This document shows, piece after piece, positions 55,751-63,965 of a stretch of DNA of 64,000 nucleotides. A program made the translations under genes and the position numbers. The notes under the pieces were generated by a model. It saw nothing but the letters and a program-made list of their open reading frames with translations, ran no database searches and was not told the DNA's origin. The first letter of the stretch is position 1. Every line of letters starts with the position of its first letter. Source of the DNA: a virus (taxonomy: Duplodnaviria > Heunggongvirae > Uroviricota > Caudoviricetes); IMG/VR virus record IMGVR_UViG_3300027963_000034, positions 186,552 through 250,551 of that record. One strand, written 5' to 3'.

Positions 55751-58030
55751 CTATGATTTTTTAAGGAACAATTCGTTCATACTCTTTGCTACCTCAAACA
55801 TATTTTCTACATTCACATATTTGGCATCGTTACCATAACACTTTTTGAATATCTGCCAATCGGAACTATATTCAAAATTACCACGACTTTCGGTTATAAA
55901 ATATGAAAGAATATTAATACCATTTCCTTGCATTTTTTTCACTTGTTTACGGGTATGGTCAGCTGCTGCTTCACCGGAATAACTGATTTCGTCACTTCCT
56001 GAACTGATACTATATGTGGGTTGTCCGTCAGAGAAATTTAAGAAATAACTATCCGTATCATTTGTAGTAGGAATAAGCTCTTTCATAATTGCTTCGAAAC
56101 ACAAACCTTCTGGTGTAGTATTGGTACAACTTAATGTACTCATATAGTGACAAAATTGTCGGAATGAATCTCTACGACTATCATGCACCATAGCTACATA
56201 TGGTAATGCTCTACCACCGGTGTCGGTTGAACGAACTGAAACTTGTACATTGATATTACGGGCCATCTCACAGGCTTTAACAATCGCAACAGTCGATGTA
56301 ACACATCTTTTTAACTTATCACCACTCATAGAGCCAGAATAATCAATTGATATGTGCAGGTTTGCTTTCTTAAATTGGTCAACTTCGTTTGTGTAAAACA
56401 CATTCTCATTATCATAACCCAATGAAGCAATCATTCTACCATCAATCTTACCTTTCTTTAATCTACTGAATACCGTCTCACGACTTTCACTACGAATTTG
56501 TAACTTCTTACCTAATAAAGTACCCAATATTGTACCTCTCTTAACTTCATCTATATATGGTGTAGCTAATTCACCATCGTTTCGCCAGCTACGATTTGTA
56601 AATGGAAAGTCGGTACTTTCTAATAGTTTTTTAGTAAGTTTCTTCACTACAATACAATCAACCCCCTTACCAATATTCTTTCCGTTTCTTTCGTAATCAG
56701 CACCAACACGAACCATTTCGGTACCTGATTCCTGTATATCATCCAATTTTTCATTTTCTTGTTTGGTAATTTGTTTTTTCTTCACATCACCATTTAAGAA
56801 ATCTTTTTGTTTTTGGAACTTCTTTTCCAATTGCTTTCTAGCGGTATCGGATAGTTTTACTTTTGTATCACCATCTTGTCCATCATCATCAGTATTACCC
56901 AATTGAGCAGTTACTTGTCCACTCATTTGTCCATTACCACCACCCATTTCATCACCATTATCATCACCTTCTTCATTGATATCGGTAATTTCTATTTCAC
57001 TTTCACCATCTCCATCACCTTTACCTTTACCATTTCCGTTTTGTTGTGGTTGTGGTTGTGAGGAAACATATTTAAGAATTTCAGCAACAACGTCAATCGC
57101 AACATTAAGAGAATCACCGGAGTTTTTTAATCTGCCGATATTTTTCAAGTCCAATAAACGATATATTGTTCTCAATCCTTTCAACTTTGAAAGATTAGTT
57201 TCTTCGTTCAATAAGTTGATAATACGGAACATATAACTTTCCCAAGTTTCTTCGGTATATTCATCCGATTTAACACCTTTACTTACAATCTTATCATTGA
57301 AATAATGGTCATACATTTGAGTATAATAATCTCTATAACCAGGTGCAGAGTTGTATATGTAATGGTCAATACGTCTATCTTCAATCCAATTTGTTAATCC
57401 ACCGATAATATCAACAACTTCTTCGGTCGGAATACCTTTACATCCAATCTTACCACTTTTAAGGTAAATTTCTGAAATTTGATTAGTATAATTACCCGCA
57501 TAGTTTTTTATTACATTATCAATTCCATTTTGAATAGCGGATTCATCATATATAGGATTTTCACCATTTTCAATTAATTGAGAGTTTTGTCTCAACATAT
57601 GATTAAGATTCATAAATACATTATCCTTTGTATCTCCCATTGCTTTTAACAATTTGAAATCGGATAAGACAATATGAGAACCCTCGTGTAATGCCAAACC
57701 AACTGATACATCAAAGTTATCATCAACGTCTGCGGAAAGGATAACTTTTTTTCCATCGGTTTTGCTTTCACTTTTTGTAGCAAATGAAACCGGAATTGAT
57801 TTACTTGTTACGATTTGAACGAAATTTGAAATCGCTCGTCTTACTGATGCTAACTTATAAAGATTGTGTGTCTTTTTATAAGCATCTAAATCTTTCTTTT
57901 GATAACTACCATATGTTTCAAGATAGTCAAAAGAAGTGTCGTACTCATCATACCAAAAAGATGAAGCACTTTGTTTACCCTTTACCAAATAATCTTTGGT
58001 GCCGGTTTTGAATTTGTCATACCAACTCAT
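55751..58030 (-). CDS. cobT: CobT-like protein with C-terminal von Willebrand A (MIDAS) domain
   Basis: ISIDYSGSMSGDKL is the DxSxS MIDAS motif. Central acidic Gly/Asp/Glu tract (NEEGDDNGDEMGGGNGQ...DDDGQDGD). 759 aa. Confidence 0.55.
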   Translation of the reverse strand: MSWYDKFKTGTKDYLVKGKQSASSFWYDEYDTSFDYLETYGSYQKKDLDAYKKTHNLYKLASVRRAISNFVQIVTSKSIPVSFATKSESKTDGKKVILSADVDDNFDVSVGLALHEGSHIVLSDFKLLKAMGDTKDNVFMNLNHMLRQNSQLIENGENPIYDESAIQNGIDNVIKNYAGNYTNQISEIYLKSGKIGCKGIPTEEVVDIIGGLTNWIEDRRIDHYIYNSAPGYRDYYTQMYDHYFNDKIVSKGVKSDEYTEETWESYMFRIINLLNEETNLSKLKGLRTIYRLLDLKNIGRLKNSGDSLNVAIDVVAEILKYVSSQPQPQQNGNGKGKGDGDGESEIEITDINEEGDDNGDEMGGGNGQMSGQVTAQLGNTDDDGQDGDTKVKLSDTARKQLEKKFQKQKDFLNGDVKKKQITKQENEKLDDIQESGTEMVRVGADYERNGKNIGKGVDCIVVKKLTKKLLESTDFPFTNRSWRNDGELATPYIDEVKRGTILGTLLGKKLQIRSESRETVFSRLKKGKIDGRMIASLGYDNENVFYTNEVDQFKKANLHISIDYSGSMSGDKLKRCVTSTVAIVKACEMARNINVQVSVRSTDTGGRALPYVAMVHDSRRDSFRQFCHYMSTLSCTNTTPEGLCFEAIMKELIPTTNDTDSYFLNFSDGQPTYSISSGSDEISYSGEAAADHTRKQVKKMQGNGINILSYFITESRGNFEYSSDWQIFKKCYGNDAKYVNVENMFEVAKSMNELFLKKS

Positions 58031-58106
58031 AGCTCGGAAATTTATGTGTTTTTAAATAAATGTGTAAAATGTGGGTTTTTCTATCTTTTAACCCTTTTAG
58101 ATGTCT

Positions 58107-58137
58107 AATATACGAATAATTTTTGATACTACCAAAT
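58107..58137 (-). promoter_or_regulatory. conserved phage promoter motif (sigma-A-like), upstream of the cobT-like gene
   Basis: taatatacgaa-N9-tactaccaaat. Confidence 0.5.
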
Positions 58138-58161
58138 ATTTATTAAACTTTTTTTTAATAT

Positions 58162-58226
58162 GTTGATAGTCAATGACTTACGCATAAAAAAAGACCTATA
58201 TACATAAGTCTTTGATTATCAATTAG
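58162..58226. repeat. iteron-like repeats (gttgatagtcaatgacttacgc ... cataagtctttgattatcaattag)
   Basis: Same motif family as 25120-25330, 49425-49690 and 55623-55680. Confidence 0.45.
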
Positions 58227-58242
58227 TTAAGAAAATACTCAT

Positions 58243-58443
58243 TTATAGGGTAAAATCTTCATTCGTCTGCATACCTTTTGGAATTTTTGTACTATTTTGC
58301 GGTTTATTACCAACGACTGTAATTTTAGTGTGTGGTTGCTTATCCTCTTTTAATAAATCTTTAATTTCGGTTAATAGGTCTACTATAATTTTAAATTGTT
58401 CTAATTCCATTTTATTCAGTTTCGTGTTGTAAATAATTATCAA
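58243..58443 (-). CDS. hypothetical small protein
   Basis: 66-aa ORF. Confidence 0.3.
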   Translation of the reverse strand: MIIIYNTKLNKMELEQFKIIVDLLTEIKDLLKEDKQPHTKITVVGNKPQNSTKIPKGMQTNEDFTL

Positions 58444-58711
58444 ATTGTTTAGCCGCTTTTGGATTCACTTCGTATAAATGTTGTAATGATAATTCATATC
58501 TACCATTTTCCGATTTACTAATAAATAGTTCATCGTGTAAACTATCATTTATATTTATTAAAGAATCAACATTATGTGGAACTTGATAAACTTTAATTTG
58601 TTCACTTCTTAATTTTGTTAATTCTTTTTGTTGGTAATAGCAAATTAGTAATACTGATATTGCACCAGTACCTACGATTGCTTTCTGATATTTTGCGATA
58701 AATTCTTTCAT
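58412..58711 (-). CDS. membrane-anchored hypothetical protein
   Basis: 99 aa with TM helix AIVGTGAISVLLICYY. Confidence 0.4.
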   Translation of the reverse strand: MKEFIAKYQKAIVGTGAISVLLICYYQQKELTKLRSEQIKVYQVPHNVDSLININDSLHDELFISKSENGRYELSLQHLYEVNPKAAKQFDNYLQHETE

Positions 58712-58721
58712 AGTTTTATTT

Positions 58722-59798
58722 TTAGTTATAATATGTTGGTATGTGTTTTGATACCTCTTGTTTATTTTTATCCTTTATTCCAAATAAAATAGTTTTGTTA
58801 TGTTCAAATATTGGAATCATTTGATTATAAATATCTTTAAGTTCATCTGGATTTTTAGAAGCTACCGAATTAATGATTTCTTTTATTTTTTCAAATCTTT
58901 CATTATAATCTTCTATATTATCATAACTCTCATCCCAAAAATCACCAAATGTTTTAAATCCAATTTTATGTAATCTTTTTAATAAACCACATGCTCCTAT
59001 AATAACAAATGGCATATTTGAAGCAATTGCTTTTGCCGTTTTTTCTGTAAAATAATCTAAATCTATTGTTAAAGTTTTTTCTATAAAATGATCTTGAATT
59101 TCGCATTTTGAATCTATTTTTGATTCAGTTACAATTTGCAAAAATGAATCATCCCAAATTTCTTTTTTAATTTCGTGTAAATAATATGGTAAAGTATGTG
59201 TCACGTCCCAATCACTTGCTTCTTCTCCAAAATTATTATCAAATTCTTTTATAAATTTAAAAGATGCGTAACAATCATTCAGTAAATTAGTATTTTTTAG
59301 AAAATTATATAAATCCATTCTATGCACATGTATATACCAAGAACCATATTGATTTGTTGCCAATTTATAATTTCTATTAAAAGTTAAAAACTTTTTAATG
59401 AAAGGTAATTCTTTTTTTACAGGCTCTTTAAAGAATAACCATTGTGGTATGTGTAATTGAACATCCCATTCACCACCGGTATCTTGTGTCATTAGAAATC
59501 CGTAGTAAGTAACAGGTGTCCAGTTAAATTCTTTTATAAAATTTAAATAACTATCAGTTTCACATTCAGTAAATACAAAAACTTTATTTTTTATTCCCAA
59601 TTTAATTAAACAATTACTAAATTTTGAATACCCAAAAGCAGTAGATTCAAATGATTCACCTCTCTCATTTATTATTAAAGAATAATCTTTAAACCCATCC
59701 ATTGATAATTTTAGATTCTCTTCTATATTTTCAAGATCATTAAAAAACTGCTTTTGTATAAAAACAATTTTTTTATTATCTAAAATTTCTATATTCAT
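58722..59798 (-). CDS. hypothetical protein
   Basis: 358-aa ORF. No motif recognised. Confidence 0.45.
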   Translation of the reverse strand: MNIEILDNKKIVFIQKQFFNDLENIEENLKLSMDGFKDYSLIINERGESFESTAFGYSKFSNCLIKLGIKNKVFVFTECETDSYLNFIKEFNWTPVTYYGFLMTQDTGGEWDVQLHIPQWLFFKEPVKKELPFIKKFLTFNRNYKLATNQYGSWYIHVHRMDLYNFLKNTNLLNDCYASFKFIKEFDNNFGEEASDWDVTHTLPYYLHEIKKEIWDDSFLQIVTESKIDSKCEIQDHFIEKTLTIDLDYFTEKTAKAIASNMPFVIIGACGLLKRLHKIGFKTFGDFWDESYDNIEDYNERFEKIKEIINSVASKNPDELKDIYNQMIPIFEHNKTILFGIKDKNKQEVSKHIPTYYN

Positions 59799-59809
59799 AT
59801 ATTTTTAAA

Positions 59810-60013
59810 TTAAAAATCTCCTTCGGAATGTATATTGTTATCATCCCACGCATCTCTGCCTGCGGTTTTCGTTACACATTCATCATCACCCCAATCTAAA
59901 AAATCTTCGCCCTTATAATCTGGATGATTTTCTTTCATATAATCAATTCCACTTACCCATGACCAAGATAAGAATGCGGTTCCAATAACCATAAACAAAA
60001 TAACCCCCAACAT
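59810..60013 (-). CDS. small membrane protein
   Basis: 67 aa with N-terminal TM MLGVILFMVIGTAFLSWSWV. Confidence 0.35.
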   Translation of the reverse strand: MLGVILFMVIGTAFLSWSWVSGIDYMKENHPDYKGEDFLDWGDDECVTKTAGRDAWDDNNIHSEGDF

Positions 60014-60044
60014 AAAATATATACTTTAACAATTAATAATCCTT

Positions 60045-60554
60045 TTAATCCCACCACCCTCTTAAATCTTTATCCACAATTTTCCATAATTCTTTCCATT
60101 CAGCCTCTTCTATTTCATGAGACCTTTTAAATACTTTTGAATTGTGTTCTCTTTGTTCAGGCGTATCTTCTATATCATCAAACCACCAATCTTTGTTTTG
60201 GATTTCTCCCAACTCCGTTTCGGCATCTTTAAGATATTCATCTTCTCTAATTCTATCAATTAAGTATATTACTCTTTTGATTTCTTTAACTTTTTTCATT
60301 CTACTTATATCTTCTTCCCAACCATAGAACTCCAATGTGTGAGCAAGTTTAGTCAAAGAACGCCTTAACATCATTAATGAGAAAATATAATCCCAACTAC
60401 GATGCTCCCATAATTCTTTTTTAAAATACCAAACATTCTCAACGAAATATGGTATCTTATATCTAAACAATTCATAGGTTTTATACCACCAAGTTTGATG
60501 TCTAGACAATCTTTTTAATGATTTGAAAAAAGTGTCAGTAAAGTGAACCTCCAT
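60045..60554 (-). CDS. hypothetical protein
   Basis: 169 aa, Trp/Glu-rich. Confidence 0.4.
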   Translation of the reverse strand: MEVHFTDTFFKSLKRLSRHQTWWYKTYELFRYKIPYFVENVWYFKKELWEHRSWDYIFSLMMLRRSLTKLAHTLEFYGWEEDISRMKKVKEIKRVIYLIDRIREDEYLKDAETELGEIQNKDWWFDDIEDTPEQREHNSKVFKRSHEIEEAEWKELWKIVDKDLRGWWD

Positions 60555-60710
60555 AACTATTTGTTTTTATTTTTTTTCTTAAATAAATTTGATATTTTTT
60601 TACCTTCTTTTATAATATTCCCATTTTCATCCATCATTGGTGCACGATATATCTCAAATGCCATCCATAATGCAGTACCAATCATACCAATTGCAATATA
60701 TTCTATCATA

Positions 60711-61196
60711 TTATTTATATTTTTTCATTAAATTATATCTACTATGTCTTTCCTCTTCTGTCAACGCAACGGATTCATCATAACTATGCTCTATGTTTAC
60801 CTTTATACATAATTCTGGAGCTTTTGAATTTCTAAAATAATTATTTATATATCCCATTATATTTGCTGCACCAATTGGGTTGGCAGAATGAACATAGATT
60901 TGCGGTAACGGAATACCAGTATTCATAGATTCCGCTACCAAAAATCTTGCACAATCCATTCCAGTTTTTTCAGGTATACGATTGTAGTCCAATTCGTAAT
61001 TTGGTTTAACATTGGTATAATATTCCACCATTGCACCTTCTCCCAAATCGTGGTCTAAACTGATTACTTCATATGCTCCCAATCCTTTCAGTTTGATATG
61101 TGCTATAAATTCATCGTAGTTTCTAACAACTTCCCAGTTATCTGCCTTTGGTGTTCTTACATCATCCAAATACAAATATAGTTTATTTTTCTTCAT
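60711..61196 (-). CDS. receiver-like protein, possible cyclic-phosphate-processing receiver (cREC) domain
   Basis: LYLYLDDVRTP ... ISLDHDLGE ... IYVHSANPIGAANI resemble the LDDxR / SLDHDLG / HSxNP blocks I recall for cREC domains. Motif-level call only. Confidence 0.4.
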   Translation of the reverse strand: MKKNKLYLYLDDVRTPKADNWEVVRNYDEFIAHIKLKGLGAYEVISLDHDLGEGAMVEYYTNVKPNYELDYNRIPEKTGMDCARFLVAESMNTGIPLPQIYVHSANPIGAANIMGYINNYFRNSKAPELCIKVNIEHSYDESVALTEEERHSRYNLMKKYK

Positions 61197-61974
61197 TGTG
61201 TATAAAATTTAATTCTCTTGTTGAAAAATCATAATCAAATGTAATTGGTTCATTGTAAACTTCATATCTCAAATTACAACTACATCCGTTAAATGTATAT
61301 ACATCACCCCATTCATCTTTATAAGGCATCGTTCCCCAACCATATGCTTCATGTATATGACCGGCAAAGTGTAGGTGAGGTTTTACTTCATGCAATCTAT
61401 GATATAAGTCTGCACAACCTACATTTTGATTTGTGTTTTGTGCTCTATCACAATATCCATAAATCGGGCTATGTGTGATAACCATGTCAGTATCATCGGG
61501 TATACCATTCCATACCTGCGCTATATCATGTCCTCTATCTTTGTTGAATGCCCAACCATATCCAAATGATGGACTAACCGGTGAACCCCATATTTTTATT
61601 TGGTCAACTTCTATAAAATTGTTTTCTAAATAAAATACGTTTGGGTTAAGTTCTATATCCAATAAGTTTTGTAACCAATCAGGTTTACCTTCTGCAACTT
61701 CATCAGTCCAATTTGTATGAACATCAAAGTATGCAGCTTTATCTCTATACAATATCTCTCTATCAAATGTCAAATCGTGATTACCTGCTATGAATATCTT
61801 GTGAGTATAATTGTCTATACCATTAAACCATTTGATAAATCTTTCTACCTCATCCTTTCTACCTATGGATGTAATGTCTCCACTATGAATAAGAATGTCA
61901 CCTCCCGGTAACTTTCCATTCAATTGATTATGTTTATTATGTGTGTCGCTAATGTGCGTTATTCTCATCTTCAT
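61183..61974 (-). CDS. calcineurin-like metallophosphoesterase
   Basis: ISDTHNKH (DxH), ILIHSGDITSIG (GDxx), FIAGNHDL (GNHD/E) and FAGHIHEAYGWG (GHxH) cover MPP motifs I-V. Confidence 0.7.
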   Translation of the reverse strand: MKMRITHISDTHNKHNQLNGKLPGGDILIHSGDITSIGRKDEVERFIKWFNGIDNYTHKIFIAGNHDLTFDREILYRDKAAYFDVHTNWTDEVAEGKPDWLQNLLDIELNPNVFYLENNFIEVDQIKIWGSPVSPSFGYGWAFNKDRGHDIAQVWNGIPDDTDMVITHSPIYGYCDRAQNTNQNVGCADLYHRLHEVKPHLHFAGHIHEAYGWGTMPYKDEWGDVYTFNGCSCNLRYEVYNEPITFDYDFSTRELNFIHNEEK

Positions 61975-62227
61975 AAAATTCTTCTTTGTTTCCTATTAAT
62001 TGATATGCATCCCACAATGAATCCAATGCAATTTCAAACTTTTCTTTGAGGTCACTTTCATTTTCGGTTAGTGGATGTTCCAATAGATGTGTGTTTATAT
62101 TATCCATCATCACATGCGTTCTATCCATCAATTCTAAATAGTGTCCTTTATTTATCGAATTCTTTTTTTGCTTCTTTGATAACATCTGATATCGATTTGT
62201 TTTGATTTTTTTGTGCAGTTCTTGCAA
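61949..62227 (-). CDS. hypothetical protein
   Basis: 92-aa ORF. Confidence 0.35.
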   Translation of the reverse strand: MQELHKKIKTNRYQMLSKKQKKNSINKGHYLELMDRTHVMMDNINTHLLEHPLTENESDLKEKFEIALDSLWDAYQLIGNKEEFYEDENNAH

Positions 62228-62331
62228 CTCTTATAATGAACTCTGCTAATTGATGTTTCTTATCTATTTTTTTAATTAACTGAATTAGAGTGTCTAAATC
62301 TTCGTAATATTTACCCATTTTAATTTATATT

Positions 62332-62416
62332 TGCGGAAGCTCAGGGATTCGAACCCCAGATACCTTTCAGTATGACGGTTTTCAAGACCGTTCCATTCAA
62401 CCACTCTGGCAAGCTT
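62332..62416 (-). tRNA. tRNA-Ser(TGA)
   Basis: Minus strand reads GGAAGCT-tg-CCA gagtggttgaa TGG-a-ACGGT CTTGAAA ACCGT-(16-nt variable arm)-GGGGTTCGAATCCC-AGCTTCC-G. Anticodon UGA. The long variable arm is typical of Ser. No encoded CCA. Confidence 0.8.
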
Positions 62417-62425
62417 CCTAATATA

Positions 62426-62695
62426 CTAATAGATATGTGTTTCTTCATTTCTGAAAGTATCACTATCTAAAAAAGTAGTATTTGATTGTCTCCTTCTAGC
62501 TTCTTCAGCTGCTTTGACCATTCTAATCCAAGTAATAGATACATCAACAGGTGCTAATACCCATGCCATAACTAATACCATAATAGCATCCATTTCAGGA
62601 GAACTATAATCAATTCCTCTTTCTTTGTATTTTACATTCAACTGATAAAAACAGTAAATAATACAAATAACATAATAAATAAATAACCAATTCAT
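62426..62695 (-). CDS. small membrane protein embedded in the tRNA array
   Basis: 89 aa with two hydrophobic helices (WLFIYYVICIIYCFY, IMVLVMAWVLAPV). Confidence 0.4.
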   Translation of the reverse strand: MNWLFIYYVICIIYCFYQLNVKYKERGIDYSSPEMDAIMVLVMAWVLAPVDVSITWIRMVKAAEEARRRQSNTTFLDSDTFRNEETHIY

Positions 62696-62712
62696 AACTT
62701 TGTAATTTTAAT

Positions 62713-62744
62713 AAATATACGAATAATTTTCCAATTTTCCAAAT
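62713..62744 (-). promoter_or_regulatory. conserved phage promoter motif (sigma-A-like)
   Basis: aaatatacgaa-N11-ttttccaaat. Confidence 0.4.
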
Positions 62745-62834
62745 AAGAAAATAAGCAGGTGTGGAGTCACCTACCTATTTTTAGTGAATAAGAAACATCT
62801 GTCTCTCTTTATGGCGTCATCACAAAAGCCCACG

Positions 62835-62908
62835 TAGTCCGGATTGGATTCAAACCAATGGCCCATATCTTAGAAGGATATTGCTCTATTCAACTGAGCT
62901 ACCGAACT
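62835..62908 (-). tRNA. tRNA-Arg(TCT)
   Basis: AGTTCGG-ta-GCTC agttgaata GAGC-a-ATATC CTTCTAA GATAT-gggcc-ATTGG tttgaat CCAAT-CCGGACT-A. Anticodon UCU. Confidence 0.8.
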
Positions 62909-63092
62909 ATATAGGTAAGAGAGATACTACGTCTAATATCTCAATGTATTCTACCGGCCGTATATGGAGTATGCGCACTGACCATAAACTAAACTTTCGT
63001 CAACTCTTACCTTTATTAAAAACACAACCACTTTACGTCTGCAAGTGTAAAAGATTGTCGAGCTAATTGCATATACAATCTAATTGTGTTTG

Positions 63093-63166
63093 CGGACGGG
63101 ACGGGACTCGAACCCGCGACCTTCGGCGTGACAAGCCGACATTCTAACCAACTGAACTACCCATCC
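63093..63166 (-). tRNA. tRNA-Asp(GTC)
   Basis: GGATGGG-ta-GTTC agttggtta GAAT-g-TCGGC TTGTCAC GCCGA-aggtc-GCGGG ttcgagt CCCGT-CCCGTCC-G. Anticodon GUC. Confidence 0.8.
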
Positions 63167-63195
63167 AAATTACATTATCGTTCTTTAACTAATTT

Positions 63196-63453
63196 TTATT
63201 TTTTATTGTTAGTTAATTTTTGTTCCAATTTATCTAATCTCGAATCTAATTGAGAAAAGATATGATTTTCTAATTCATCTGCTCTGCGATTAAAGTCAGT
63301 TTGATTTCTATCAATTTGACGATATACATCCTCACCGATGCGTTCTAATTCTTTTTCTATTTTTCTTGCCTTAACAAATCCAATAACAGCAACTACCGAC
63401 ACTGCGATAACCACCACTACGGACATTCCTAAAACGAATGATAATATTTCCAT
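63196..63453 (-). CDS. small membrane/coiled-coil protein embedded in the tRNA array
   Basis: 85 aa with TM VLGMSVVVVIAVSVVAVIGFV followed by a charged coiled segment. Confidence 0.4.
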   Translation of the reverse strand: MEILSFVLGMSVVVVIAVSVVAVIGFVKARKIEKELERIGEDVYRQIDRNQTDFNRRADELENHIFSQLDSRLDKLEQKLTNNKK

Positions 63454-63490
63454 AATTTAATACTCCTATATGTCAAAGAACGATAATGTG

Positions 63491-63563
63491 AGCCGAAGGT
63501 CAGACTCGAACTGACGACCTGCTGATTACAAATCAGCTGCTCTACCAACTGAGCTACTCCGGC
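63491..63563 (-). tRNA. tRNA-Thr(TGT)
   Basis: GCCGGAG-ta-GCTC agttggta GAGC-a-GCTGA TTTGTAA TCAGC-aggtc-GTCAG ttcgagt CTGAC-CTTCGGC-T. Anticodon UGU. Confidence 0.8.
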
Positions 63564-63568
63564 TTATG

Positions 63569-63640
63569 TACTCTGTACGGGATTCGAACCCGTATTACAT
63601 CCGTGAAAGGGATGTGACCTAACCCTTAGTCGAACAGAGC
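63569..63640 (-). tRNA. tRNA-Glu(TTC)
   Basis: GCTCTGT-tc-GACT aagggtta GGTC-a-CATCC CTTTCAC GGATG-taat-ACGGG ttcgaat CCCGT-ACAGAGT-A. Anticodon UUC. G1-U72 wobble. Confidence 0.7.
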
Positions 63641-63774
63641 GTTTAAGGAAAGTAAAAGATGGGTGCGTGGACGATTACTTTTATGATTGGCTTTACTAAC
63701 CGAACGACAGTTTATTAGATTTGCACTAACTCGATTTAGCGGACTATCTTTGTTCCCAATCAACCTTATAAATT

Positions 63775-63806
63775 AAATATACGAATAATAATTTACTTTA
63801 CCAAAT
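63775..63806 (-). promoter_or_regulatory. conserved phage promoter motif (sigma-A-like)
   Basis: aaatatacgaa-N11-tttaccaaat, a few nt upstream of tRNA-His. Confidence 0.4.
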
Positions 63807-63809
63807 TTG

Positions 63810-63881
63810 GTTGAACGATGGGAATCGAACCCACACACAAAGTGCCACAAACTTTTGCCCTACCATTAGGCTACGCTCAAC
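63810..63881 (-). tRNA. tRNA-His(GTG) with encoded G-1
   Basis: G(-1)-TTGAGCG-ta-GCCT aatggta GGGC-a-AAAGT TTGTGGC ACTTT-gtgt-GTGGG ttcgatt CCCAT-CGTTCAA-C. Anticodon GUG. The extra 5' G pairs with the C73 discriminator, the His identity signature. Confidence 0.75.
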
Positions 63882-63888
63882 ATATATG

Positions 63889-63959
63889 AGGTGAGTACAA
63901 GATTTGAACTTGTGTAAAAGGTTTTGCAGACCTTCGCCTAGCCACTCGGACAACTCACC
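63889..63959 (-). tRNA. tRNA-Cys(GCA)
   Basis: GGTGAGT-tg-...-AAGGT CTGCAAA ACCTT-ttac-ACAAG ttcaaat CTTGT-ACTCACC-T. Anticodon GCA with U73 discriminator (Cys identity). The D-stem pairs poorly, which is why confidence is lower. Confidence 0.6.
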
Positions 63960-63965
63960 TTATTG

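Noticed and set aside
25120-58226. The repeated GTAACTCATTGAT / TTGATAATCAA motifs might be taken for a CRISPR array
   Set aside because: The copies are imperfect, occur in both orientations, are irregularly spaced (5-40 nt), and are split between distant loci. This is not a repeat-spacer architecture.
596-61911. Numerous plus-strand ORFs of 60-146 aa in the six-frame track (e.g. 596..865, 950..1159, 1757..1996, 8587..8907, 19080..19334, 23436..23837, 31543..31983, 42058..42426, 43365..43655, 50301..50794, 56876..57236)
   Set aside because: Each lies wholly inside a longer, motif-bearing minus-strand gene. They have low-complexity hydrophobic translations typical of antisense frames in AT-rich DNA, and none has an upstream copy of the conserved promoter motif. 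Treated as antisense artefacts.
63641-63770. Looked for an additional tRNA between tRNA-Glu and the promoter motif
   Set aside because: No GTTCRA-type T-loop or cloverleaf could be found on either strand.
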